This document shows, piece after piece, positions 1-9,987 of a DNA stretch of 35,516 bases. The first letter of the stretch is position 1. Every line of letters starts with the position of its first letter. Position numbers and translations under genes: made by a program. Below the pieces are notes generated by a model. That model searched no databases and had not been told where the DNA came from. It saw only the letters and a list, made by a program, of their open reading frames with translations. Source of the stretch: Octopus bimaculoides (taxonomy: Eukaryota); the NCBI RefSeq assembly GCF_001194135.2, contig NC_068983.1, positions 142,595,052-142,630,567 of the forward strand, read 5' to 3'.

Positions 1-80
<80 letters not shown>
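1..80. repeat. (GATA)n tetranucleotide microsatellite
   Basis: Perfect GATA repeats from base 1 to 80. Confidence 0.99.
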
Positions 81-734
81 TTCAGCATGGCGTTGCAATC
101 AATTAATCGAAATTGTCTTAGTAAAGTATAAATATGGACACAACTCTCTCCTTACTCAGCTGCTAACTCAAGATCTAAACGATTTCGGTTCTTTAACCAT
201 GGGATCGCTAGCTTCAGAAAGCCAGTAGATTTATAGCAAATGCTACAAAGGAATAGAGGAGTTAAGACAAAAAATTTTAAATGAGCAGAATATTCGCGAC
301 CAGGCGCCAACAAGTATACGGAAACGAACAAAAATTACAAAAAATATTAAGTAATGTTTAAGTATGTCGACTTCACAAAAATGTTACAGAAAATAATTAG
401 CTGTATGGCTAAGATAAACAGAAGAGAGAGAAAGAAATTTACACAGTGAGTATTTCGACTGGGTTGTAAAAGGACATACTAAAGTTCAGGAAAGTATAAG
501 TGAAAAGTAGATTGTTTTGACGTTGGCCCATTAAACGAGAAAAAAACCAACGACACAGATATAGAGAATTACGATGTGATTTGTATCGAATTAAACTTGT
601 AAAAGAAAGAAGTGGGAGTCAGGCAATGAATTTGTGAGAAATCAGACATTTTGGAGAGGAGAAAGAAAATGAAACATGGAACACAGATGGAAACGAAAGA
701 AGATATGTACATACGTGTGTTTGTGTGTATCTGT

Positions 735-965
735 GTGTGAATTGCAAAATGAAAAATCTCATCTGCTACATCACATGCCCACAATGCAGTGAAAATTACA
801 TTGGAGAAGCAGGAAGAAAACTAACCGAGTGTGTGAACGTGCACAAACAGCAATTTAATGATTCATCTCTAAGAAATGTCCCATGTAGTAAACATCCAGA
901 CATTTGTGCAAAAGAAAAAATTCAAATAATCCCTTTTTACAAAATAAAAGATGAAAATGATCAAC
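735..965 (+). pseudogene. Penelope-like retroelement GIY-YIG endonuclease fragment (decayed)
   Basis: ORF 725-1000 reads NLICYITCPQCSENYIGEAGRKLTECVNVHKQQF...PCSKH...IIPFYKI. This matches the PLE GIY-YIG pattern (LIY.I.C..C...YIGET.R.L..R...H). No reverse transcriptase recognised upstream. Confidence 0.8.
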
Positions 966-1639
966 TTCTGCACGGATTGTCTCAGAACACGCATGTTTGA
1001 AAAGTTAATCTACGAAAGCGCTTACACACAAAATATATGCTATACAAAAACATCTTCCCCAAAGGATTATGATATTCTATTTTTTAAATAATTTTTTTTA
1101 AATAGTTAACTTTTAAAAACCTTTCTTTAAATAATGTGACTGCATCATGTATTTTCTGCAAAGTCTTTCAAGTGTGTGTGTGTGTGTGTGTACGTATATG
1201 AATATATACTGTTGACCAAATTTCGATGCTTTTGTACAGGATATTGCTTATTATCACGCAGCTTTTTTTACTTCAGTCCTTTGAATAAGCCACAACGTGA
1301 AACTTGAAATCACAATTCATGAATCTTCATCTTCAACGGTCCATTCGTATATGTGTGTATGTGTGTGTTTGTGCGTATGTGTTTGTGCATGTGTGTTTGT
1401 TTACAAATATACTTATGTATATTGTACATATGTACTTATAGGTTCATGTAATGGATTATAGATACGCATAAATATAAATAAATAAACATCACATACACAA
1501 TCTTGTACCATATGCACATATATATACAACCGTACAGGCTTTCTCTTCGTGCCAACACATATGTTCTGTATCTAACAGAAAATATTTTCTTAAGCTCAAG
1601 TTTTCTCAAACATATACACTTATAATTAAATTCTATATT

Positions 1640-1644
1640 TATGT

Positions 1645-1680
<36 letters not shown>

Positions 1681-1993
1681 TACATATTTGCATATTGTAA
1701 GTGTGAATGATATCTAACTACCTATCTATACACCCAGACACGCGCGTGCGCAAACACCAATACATACATACAAACATACATACATACATATATATATATA
1801 CATATATATATACATATATATATATATACATATATATATATACATATATATATACATATATATATACATATATATACATATATATATACATATATATACA
1901 TTTATATATACATATATATATATACATATATATATACAGATATTTATATATATACATATATATACATATATATATATATACATATATATATAT

Positions 1994-2042
<49 letters not shown>
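1640..2042. repeat. Compound (TG)n / (TA)n / (TATACA)n microsatellite tract
   Basis: Direct reading. It is the source of the IYIY/YIYI ORFs 1707-2158. Confidence 0.95.
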
Positions 2043-2044
<2 letters not shown>

Positions 2045-2300
2045 TAAAGCTAGTAGATTGGTAGAACTGTTAGAGCGCCGGAGAAAGCTCTTCTCATATT
2101 TTTTCCAGGTCTTTTCATTCTGAGTTAAAATCACACCGAGATCAACTTTGCCTTTCAATTCTCTGGCGTCGATAAAATAAACTTGTATATCTCTCAGCGT
2201 TGATAAAATAAGGTATCAGTCAAGTACTGGAGTCGATGTTATCGACTAATCCAGGTTCCTCAAGAATTGTGGGCCTTGTGTCTAGATCAGAAACCATCGT
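2043..2300 (+). mobile_element. tRNA-derived SINE family B, diverged copy
   Basis: Similar to the clean copy at 30421-30647: ttctgagttaaaatc...caactttgcctttc...gtcgataaaataa...agtactggagtcgatg. Confidence 0.7.
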
Positions 2301-2390
2301 TGTTGGCTGGCTCCTGATATGAAATGAAGTGTTGATGTTTATATAAATGGATTAGCTACTTGTTTTTTCTTGGACTGGTCAAGTGATGTA

Positions 2391-2440
2391 GACACCGCTG
2401 ATGAGAATCCAATAAGGATCGAAAATTGATCAAGGCTGTT
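2391..2440 (+). ncRNA. Degenerate hammerhead ribozyme motif
   Basis: CTGATGA 2398-2404, stem II g(a)atcc/ggatc, GAAA 2421-2424, palindrome TTGATCAA. The NUH cleavage triplet is not intact. Confidence 0.45.
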
Positions 2441-2569
2441 TATCATTTTCTCGATAAATTGGATATGTTTGTGTATCCCCCGTAACTCAGCGTTCGGTTA
2501 AAGTCACCGATAGAATAAGTAACAAACTTTAAAAATGACTTTAAAAAGTCATTGGGATACGACTATGAG

Positions 2570-2912
2570 GGGCACTGCCTTTTTGAGTTCAGTTGAATAA
2601 ACCGACCTGATACTTAACAGTTTCTTTTGCCAAACCGCTAAATTACGGGGACATACACAAACCAACACCGGCTGGCAAGCTGTGCTAAGTCAAACACAAA
2701 GACACACACAAACACACATATATGCAGATTTATTTTTATATATATTTATATATACGACGGGCTTCCACACAGTTTCCATCTACCAAATTCACTCAGAAGG
2801 TATTAGTTGGCCCGGGTTTATAATACAAGATACTTGCTCAAGGTGCTGCACAGTGGGATTCAACCCAAAATCACGTGAGTGCAAAGTGAATTTCTTAACC
2901 ACAAAGCTACAC
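2570..2912 (-). mobile_element. SINE family A (tRNA head + internal microsatellite + 3' tail), diverged copy
   Basis: Reverse-complement match to the 5981-6378 copy: ttttgccaaaccgctaaattacgggg...atacgacgggcttc...caaggtgctgcacagtggg. Confidence 0.8.
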
Positions 2913-3454
2913 CTTTCTATAAATTATTGGAAATCTTTTATTTTTCTATATTAGTATATACATTTTTATTTGGATTGTTTTTGCAGTTGAATTTTACAAA
3001 TTCAACAACAATAGAAAATGCTGCGGATTACTAAGCTATTTAACAGGCTAAAATTTAGATGAAACATATTTCAAAAACAAAAGAAATCGAGTAGTTTCTG
3101 GGACGTACACAGACCAACGCCGGTTGTCAGACAGTGGCGAGACGAAAAACACAGAACCGAAAACTTCAGCGGTCTAAGCATATGGCTAAGTTTCTGTAGA
3201 CGAACTGGAAAGTACCACCCTCTCCAGATTGAGTAGCTGTACTACAGATGCTAGACCACTATCTTTTCAGCCTTATATTTTACAGTCACAGGGAAAATAA
3301 CTCTAATCTTTCCCCCACTTTTTACTTCTTTCTGTTTTCTTTTCGTTTTCCGGTTTTTCAACTTTTCACCTTTTATATCTACTTTTTTATCGTCTTTTCT
3401 TGCTTTTTCTCTCATTCTATCGTCCTATTTTTAGCTTGTTGTATTATGTGGGCA

Positions 3455-3538
3455 GTGCCTGAGGATTACGCTGAGACACCAGACGAGTTAAAAAATACTG
3501 TCTGGCATGCTTTCCTCGCATGAAACTAATAGTAGCAC
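3455..3538 (+). ncRNA. Type-I hammerhead ribozyme motif with long stem II insert
   Basis: Stem I gtgc(3455-58)/gcac(3535-38); CTGAGGA 3459-65; GAAA 3522-25; stem III A-CTAATAG-T; GUA triplet 3532-34. Confidence 0.75.
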
Positions 3539-3652
3539 ATAAAAACATACATTGTGTTTATTATATATATATACATGCACACGCACATACACACACACAT
3601 GTTTGTGTGTGAGTGTGTGTGTGTGTATAATAAATACAATATATGTTTTTAT

Positions 3653-3735
3653 GTGTTACTTTTAGTTTCATGCGAGGAAAGCATGCCAGACGGTATTTTT
3701 TACTCGTCAGGTATCTCAGCGCTATCTTCAGGCAC
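3653..3735 (-). ncRNA. Type-I hammerhead ribozyme motif (inverted twin of 3455-3538)
   Basis: Minus strand: gtgc CTGAAGA tagcg...cgcat GAAA ctaaaag TA acac. The first stem I pair is mismatched (C:A). Confidence 0.7.
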
Positions 3736-3934
3736 TGGCCACATGACACAGCAAGCTAAAAACAGGACGATAGAATGAGAGAAAAGGCGAGAAAATACGA
3801 TAAAGAAGTAGATATAAAAGGTGAATGTTGAAAATCGGAATATATATATATATATATATATATATAATTGACAAAAACAAACGGAGAAAAAACAAGAAAA
3901 AGCAACAACGCGAGTACGTGGTACATAAAAAGTA

Positions 3935-4070
3935 TTGATAAGACGCTCGGAGAATGAAAGAAAGGTTTTTTTACGTTTCAAGCAAAGCTCTTCTTCAGAA
4001 ACAGAAGACAGAGGAAAGTCCAAAGGAAAAGGAAGACAGGAAAAAAACCGCCAACAGTCCACATGTAGTG
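3935..4070 (-). mobile_element. PLE-type terminal fragment containing a partial hammerhead core (3973-3998)
   Basis: Minus strand: CTGAAGA a gagc ttt gctt GAAA cgt. Core and stem II are present; a stem I partner was not found. Confidence 0.5.
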
Positions 4071-4083
4071 ACATTTATATATA

Positions 4084-4298
4084 CAGTAATCCCTCGCCAT
4101 ATCGCGGTTCACCTATCGCGATCTATTATTTAAGCTTACGTCGATTCCTCCGTGGTATTGTTTTGCATTTATAATCAAATAAATATGTACAAATTATAAA
4201 GGTAATAAAAAAATATACAGTGCAGTACCTTTCTACTTCACGCATTTTCACCTATCGCGAGGGTTTTGGGTGTGTAACACCCGCGATAGTCGATGGAT

Positions 4299-4305
<7 letters not shown>
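4084..4305. mobile_element. Tc1/mariner-pogo (Tigger-like) MITE
   Basis: Left end TA|cagtaatccctcgccatatcgcgg. Right end ccgcgatagtcgatggattact(ct)g, which is its imperfect reverse complement. No coding capacity. Confidence 0.75.
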
Positions 4306-4354
<49 letters not shown>

Positions 4355-4433
4355 CAAATGAAGAGTGCAATATTTCATTCATAAAATGCTTTACTTGCAT
4401 GTGTTTCAAATGATTCAGTCAGCTGTATCCACT

Positions 4434-4529
4434 GCTTACCATGGTTTGCATGCTTAATCGGTCAATTGATTGACCGATTCATCAACCAATTTATGAGACA
4501 GTCATCTCACAAACTATTCTCGTCAGAGC
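4434..4529 (-). ncRNA. Hammerhead ribozyme motif with branched two-hairpin stem II and a 1-nt core lesion
   Basis: Minus strand: gct CTGACGA [two hairpins] gcat G(C)AAA ccatgg TA agc. Stem III is the perfect palindrome ACCATGGT. Confidence 0.6.
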
Positions 4530-5004
4530 TTAAAAGTGTCTGTTGAATGTGTGGAAAACAGTCACAAAAAAATTAGTAGAAGTGAGTAGTTGATGGCATG
4601 CATAACAGTTTTCCTCTCATTATTAATCTTCCCTTAAGGCCTTGAGCTAACAGAATCGTTAGCACGCCGGACAAAATGCTTAGTGGCATTTCTTCCAGCT
4701 TTAAGTTCTGAATTCATATTCCGCTAAAGTCCCTCAGTAATCGGTGTGCATTCAAAGCAATGATTAGTAATATTACGAAACCAGTATGCTTTTGAATCTC
4801 TTTAACAGTTCACAATAATGACTTTTATTACTTTTATTCCTACCTCAGTTCATCTAATTGTATATATCAATCGTTACTTTTCATTAAAAGCCTGTACTTT
4901 CTTTGATTTTCAATGTGCATTTTCGCTTATTTTTCTTCTTACTTTCCCCCTACATTTCCACGTGTAGTTTCTATTTTGTTTTTGTAACATATTTCTATTA
5001 CATA

Positions 5005-5046
<42 letters not shown>

Positions 5047-5439
5047 ATATTTTCATACAAAAAGAAAAACTTCATTATTTTGGCAGTTCTCCTCTTTGGC
5101 AGTCTTTCACGAAAACTTTCGTCAACTCTGCAGAGTTATTATAAGTAGTTATGATTGGTAGCCTCTGTGTTAGTTTGTCTTGGTGAGTCATCTTGGCAAT
5201 GTTGCTGATAAGAGGACAGACTCTCCTAACATACTAACCTCAAGTACAAATAACCATTAAGTTTTAAATATGTCTGTCCTTGGGTATTTATATTTTTATT
5301 TATTTTATATTCATTTATTTATTTATTCTGCTGTGTGGGCTTTCTACTTAACTTTCTCTTATCCACATTATTATTGCATATGTTCTCAATTCTAGTACAT
5401 ATGCTAAAAGAAAATTTCTTAACCAATTTCTTTTCTCTT

Positions 5440-5635
<196 letters not shown>

Positions 5636-5980
5636 ATTATCTTACGATTACTGATAGAAACTTACGATTTGACAAGCTAAAACATAAACAGAGACGCAAC
5701 CAGCTGCAACATTTCAAATAGAGAGATCGACCACTTAAAATCTCGTAACGCGAAATTAACTGGATTACGAAATTAATTTTCCCATTCATTTTCATGTTTT
5801 AAAGTAAAATGACGTAACACGGAATAAATTTTCCCACTGATTTTCATGTTCTAAAGTGATAATGCGTTCAACAGTCTGCTTGTTTGTTTGGTTTCTTTTT
5901 TTTTTTTTTCGAAACTGCAAAAATAACAAAACCAAGCAACACGACCACTTTTATGCATGAAAATAAAAAATTCTAAACAT

Positions 5981-6378
5981 ACGGCGTGGCTATGTGGTAA
6001 GAAGCTTGCTTCCGAACCCCATGGTTTTGGGTTTAGTTCTACTGCGTGGCACCTTGGGCAAGTGTCTTCTACTATAGCCTCGTTCTGACCAAAGACTTTA
6101 GAGTGGATTCGGTAAACGGAAGCTAAAAGAAGCCGTCTATATATTTGTGTATGTGTGTGTGTGTTTCTGTGTGTCTTTGTGTCTATTTTTGTCCCTCTCA
6201 CCATAGCTTGACAACCAATGTTGATGTGTTTACGTCCCCGTAACCTAGCGGTTCGGTAAAAGAGACCGATAGAATAAGTACTAGACTTACAAGGAATATG
6301 TCCTGGGGCCGATTTCTTTGACCAGAAGGCGGTGTTCCAGGATGGCCGCAGTCAAATGACTGAAACAAGTAAAGAAAT
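5981..6378 (+). mobile_element. SINE family A, near full-length
   Basis: tRNA-like head gtggctatgtggtaagaagc...gggtttagttc; body ccttgggcaagtgtcttctactatagcc; internal (TG)n; tail gtcaaatgactgaaacaagtaaag. About 11 related copies occur in the window. Resembles the tRNA-derived SINEs described from octopus (OK/OR1/OR2); exact family not assigned. Confidence 0.9.
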
Positions 6379-6480
6379 ACGAGCTTAACCGTGTGGTCAC
6401 TTCCTATTTAACGGTGAACTTACTGTGTACAAACGTGTAGCCACTGGCCCAATTTCGCCCACTTGCTCCTTTATGGGCAC

Positions 6481-6769
6481 AGATGTGGTGTGTGGTTAGA
6501 AGTTTACTTCCCTTCATAACCATGTGGTCTTGGGTTCAGTCCCACTGCACGGCACTTGGGTAAGTTTATCTTACTATAGTCCTGGATCGATGAATGCCTT
6601 GTGAGTGAATTTGGCAGACGTAATCTATGTAGAAGCCCGTCGTGTGTATATATATATATACATATATATATATTAGTGTGTATGTGAGTGTGTATGTATG
6701 TGTGTGGGGGGTGCATGTGTGTGTGTATGTATGTGTAATCTTTGTGTTTGTCTTTGGTCTCCCACAAGT
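6481..6769 (+). mobile_element. SINE family A, 5' half
   Basis: gggttcagtcccactgcacggcacttggg...ttgtgagtgaatttggcagacg...agaagcccgtcg followed by microsatellite. Confidence 0.8.
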
Positions 6770-7335
6770 ACAACTTCTTTGCTCCTGCCACTGGATCAAG
6801 GTGTGATAGCTAACTTCAAAGCAACTTATGTGAGAAGAACTTTGAAACTACTAATAAAAGCAACTGATTGAGGTAATGAACTTAAAGTTAATGGAAGAAG
6901 TTCAACATAATGGATGTTGTGAAACACTCGACTTTGAATGGTGCTGGAAAAGGTATACGATATCTAGACTGTATCCGTGACTTTACAAGTCTTCGACAAG
7001 TTGAATGTCTGCATCAAATTCGGAAACACTGTGACACTTAATGTTGAGTTTGAATGATATGATTGAATTGATAATGCCCAATAGAAAAGTTTATCTAATG
7101 AGCAACCAAAAGCAAGCTCAGGATACAGATGAGAATGCAGAAATTCCACTAACTCCACTTAAATCTTAAATAGACTGCTATAAATATTGCTAAAGGTGTT
7201 GGCACTTATAGAGAATCGTCTGCAAGTGTTGCTGATAACAACTACTCGTGAATGTAGCATAAAATTTACAAGAGAAGTTTACGATGAGATCAGAAAGAGG
7301 TGATACGTCATAAACATCAGTCAATTTTGAGCAAG
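6770..7335 (+). pseudogene. Tigger/pogo DDE transposase C-terminal remnant
   Basis: Translates TTSLLLPLDQGVIANFKATYVRRTL (family motif NTTSLLQPMDQGVI..FKA.Y), then WKKFNIMDVV after a frameshift, and ends KHQSILSKFF. Multiple stops. Confidence 0.85.
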
Positions 7336-7355
7336 TTCTTCGTCCCTCAAGTACG

Positions 7356-7357
<2 letters not shown>

Positions 7358-7422
<65 letters not shown>
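7358..7422. repeat. (TA)n microsatellite
   Basis: Direct reading. Confidence 0.97.
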
Positions 7423-7424
<2 letters not shown>

Positions 7425-8590
7425 TCGAAGTGTACAGTATTGTATGTCCATTACGGCTGATCTTACCAATCGGTTTCGCACTAGGGGTTCAACGGAGTGT
7501 TAGGCAAAAGTCCGATTATGTAACGCTGCATTCATCAGAAGTAGCCATATGAAATATGGCAACTGCTCTCTATTGTTGGAGGTGAATAGACACATCTGGT
7601 TTGTGGTTACTGTGAAAGAGATGATGAAACGAATCGAGCAGGGGATTGAGTTATGTCCATTGGTACCAAAATATCGTCTCTCGAGATGGTTTTGTTGCAA
7701 GTCGGCAACAGTTTTCTGAGAAAAGGTTTTTGTGGGAAAAGTGTGTCTTTGGGGTTGGTGCTCTTGTGGAAATGGAATGTATGCAGTGGTACTATAAGTA
7801 TAGTCTTTGCGGGAGGGGGGGATACACATTTATGTTCGTTGGTGTGTTCCATTTCTTTTATGTATTGGTTAAATTCGTGGGGCATTTATGTGTACATTCG
7901 TTGTGTGTAGGGGTATAATATGTATGGGAGCATATAATGCGGGGGAGAAGGTCTATTGGGTACGTGTTCACCGTGTGTGTTTGTTTGTGGGTGTGTTAGT
8001 GTATGTTCTGGTCAAAAACACTTTGCCGGACTGCAAGGTATAGGTGGAGGGACAAATTTGGGGGGACTGGTGATTATAGTCATGATGGCCCACGCAGGTA
8101 TGATAGGATGTACTTCCTTTCATGTAGGCAAGGATTAAAACTCTCACTTCTGCTATTCAAGTAAATACCTTTGTGCTGGGTGCTATTTAAAATCGTTCTT
8201 TTCTCAGCTAAGTATAATCTGCACTTCCCGCTGCTATTGAAGTACGCTTTACATTTCTCTAGTATCTTCCACTTTATGCTGTAGTTGATGATACTTTCTT
8301 TCAATAATCATACGTGCTTGGCCAGAATTGTGGCGTTACGTCTCTCCGGGATGTTGAAGGGGGGATTGTGGTTGTCATAGTGGGTTCTGAAGGAACCTTC
8401 AGTTGCTCCCTCCTACTTTCGCACGTTTGGCTGCCCATCGGTGTTACTTGCCCATTGGTCCTATCGGTGTTACTTCTGCCTCGTATAAGACGGTCTCCGT
8501 GTTACAGTGGCCGTTCAGTAGACATGTGTTACCCCTCCATGTGCATCCTGCCTCTGCCTTGGGTGTGGGCCTACCTACTAAAATCTTTTT
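7423..8590 (-). mobile_element. 5'-truncated Penelope-like retroelement: GIY-YIG pseudogene (8080-8590), 3' UTR and terminal hammerhead
   Basis: Minus translation across frameshifts and stops: GCTWRGNTCLLNGHCNTETVLYEAEVT...EGATEGSFRTHYDNHN..FN....NATILAKHV*LLKE..INYSIKWKILEKCKAY..SSGKCRLYLAEKRTI...LNSRSE..NPCLHERKYIL. This matches the PLE GIY-YIG pattern CNC..CPL.G.C..VY.A.V..YIG.TE..F..RY.NH..SF..W.I..C.LCL.EK..LN.RSE..C.H. Confidence 0.88.
7455..7546 (-). ncRNA. Hammerhead ribozyme motif at the 3' end of the PLE
   Basis: Minus strand: ggctactt CTGATGA at gca...tgc GAAA ccgattgg TA agatcagcc. Stem III ACCGATTGGT is one C>T change from a palindrome; stem I is imperfect. Confidence 0.6.
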
Positions 8591-8595
8591 TGCAT

Positions 8596-8832
8596 TACTC
8601 TTTTACTCTTTTACTCTTTTACTTGTTTCAGTCATTTGACTGTGGCCATGCTGGAGCACCGCCTTTGGTCGAGCAAATGGATCCCAGGACTTATTCTTTC
8701 GAAGCCTAGTACTTATTCTATCGGTCTCTTTTGCCGAACCGCTAAGTTACGGGGACGTAAACACACCAGCATCGGTTGTCAAGCGATGTTGGGGGGACAA
8801 ACACAGACACACAAACATATACACACACATAC

Positions 8833-8865
<33 letters not shown>

Positions 8866-8918
8866 CACATATACGACGGGCTTCTTTCAGTTTCCATCTA
8901 CCAAATCCACTCACAAGG
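8596..8918 (-). mobile_element. SINE family A, young copy truncated by an assembly gap
   Basis: (tactctt)n tail, tttcagtcatttgactgtggccatgctggagcaccgcc...gccgaaccgctaagttacggggacgtaaacacacc...ccaaatccactcacaagg|N. Confidence 0.92.
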
Positions 8919-9288
8919 NNNNNNNNNNNNNNNNNNNNNNNNNNNNNNNNNNNNNNNNNNNNNNNNNNNNNNNNNNNNNNNNNNNNNNNNNNNNNNNNNN
9001 NNNNNNNNNNNNNNNNNNNNNNNNNNNNNNNNNNNNNNNNNNNNNNNNNNNNNNNNNNNNNNNNNNNNNNNNNNNNNNNNNNNNNNNNNNNNNNNNNNNN
9101 NNNNNNNNNNNNNNNNNNNNNNNNNNNNNNNNNNNNNNNNNNNNNNNNNNNNNNNNNNNNNNNNNNNNNNNNNNNNNNNNNNNNNNNNNNNNNNNNNNNN
9201 NNNNNNNNNNNNNNNNNNNNNNNNNNNNNNNNNNNNNNNNNNNNNNNNNNNNNNNNNNNNNNNNNNNNNNNNNNNNNNNNNNNNNNNN

Positions 9289-9322
<34 letters not shown>

Positions 9323-9324
9323 AA

Positions 9325-9505
9325 CAAAAGGCTTAGCGGTATTTCGCCCACATCTACGTTCTGAGTTCAAATTCCACCAAGGTCGACTTTGCTTTTCATC
9401 CTTTCGAAGTCGATAAATTAACTACCAGTGAAACAATGGGATTAATATGATCGACTAGTTCCCTCTCGCAAAACTTCAGGCCACGTGCCTTTAGTAGAAA
9501 GGATT
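9325..9505 (+). mobile_element. SINE family B, partial
   Basis: gcttagcggtatttcg...ttctgagttcaaattcc...ggtcgactttgcttttcatcctttcg...gtcgataaattaa. Confidence 0.85.
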
Positions 9506-9520
9506 ATTATTACTATTACG

Positions 9521-9702
9521 CGCAGACGTGGCTGTGTGATACAAGATTTGCTTCCCTAAAACATGGTTGAGTCCCCCTGCCTGGCACTTTAGGAAAATGC
9601 CTTCTACTATTGTATTGCCTGGGGCTGAGCAAGCCTTGTGAGTGGACTCGGCAGACGGAAACTGAAAGAAACCCGTCGTGTGTATATGTAAACATGATGT
9701 GC

Positions 9703-9749
<47 letters not shown>

Positions 9750-9905
9750 CGTGCGCGCGTGCGCGTGCGCGCGTTCGTATACTTATTTTTTAAGCCTTAA
9801 ATTATTCTATGAGTCACTTTTTCCAAACCGCAAAGTTATGGCTACGTAAACACACCTATACCGGTTGTCAAGCAGTTGTGAGGGACAAACTCAGACACAA
9901 AAACA
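9521..9905. mobile_element. Two SINE family A fragments (+ 9521-9690; - 9781-9905) around a (TG)/(CG) microsatellite
   Basis: gtggctgtgtg...gccttgtgagtggactcggcagacggaaactgaaagaaacccgtcg, and ccaaaccgcaaagttatggctacgtaaacacacc...ggttgtcaagc. Confidence 0.75.
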
Positions 9906-9948
9906 CATACATACACACATACACAGACACACACACACGCATAGACGC

Positions 9949-9987
<39 letters not shown>

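Larger units (their letters stand above)
3348..3840. repeat. Long inverted repeat: ~215-bp arms (3348-3565 / 3626-3840) around a (CA)n/(TG)n spacer; probable PLE pseudo-LTR pair
   Basis: The arms are reverse complements, e.g. catgctttcctcgcatgaaacta vs tagtttcatgcgaggaaagcatg, at roughly 85-90% identity by eye. Supplied ORFs 3248-3523(+) and 3700-4074(-) share FSHSIVLFLACC.MW.VPED.AE.PDE for this reason. Confidence 0.93.

Noticed and set aside
1436-2158. ORFs of IYIY/HTHT/CVCV composition here and throughout the window
   Set aside because: Translations of (TA)n, (CA)n and (TG)n microsatellites, which are stop-free by construction.
3248-4074. Two ORFs encoding similar hydrophobic peptides (possible gene duplication)
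   Set aside because: The similarity comes from the inverted repeat arms of T-rich non-coding DNA. No evidence of coding.
5130-5185. Plus-strand ctgcAG...ttg|GTGAGT splice-like pair
   Set aside because: All three frames contain stops, with no other support.
8314-8709. 131-aa plus-strand ORF MLGQNCGVTSLRDVEGG...
   Set aside because: It is the antisense shadow of the minus-strand PLE GIY-YIG pseudogene, fused to a SINE tail.
8636-9370. Long X-containing ORFs (also 16558-16914, 17516-18230, 21985-24416, 26824-27953, 30766-31338)
   Set aside because: Open only because they cross N gaps.
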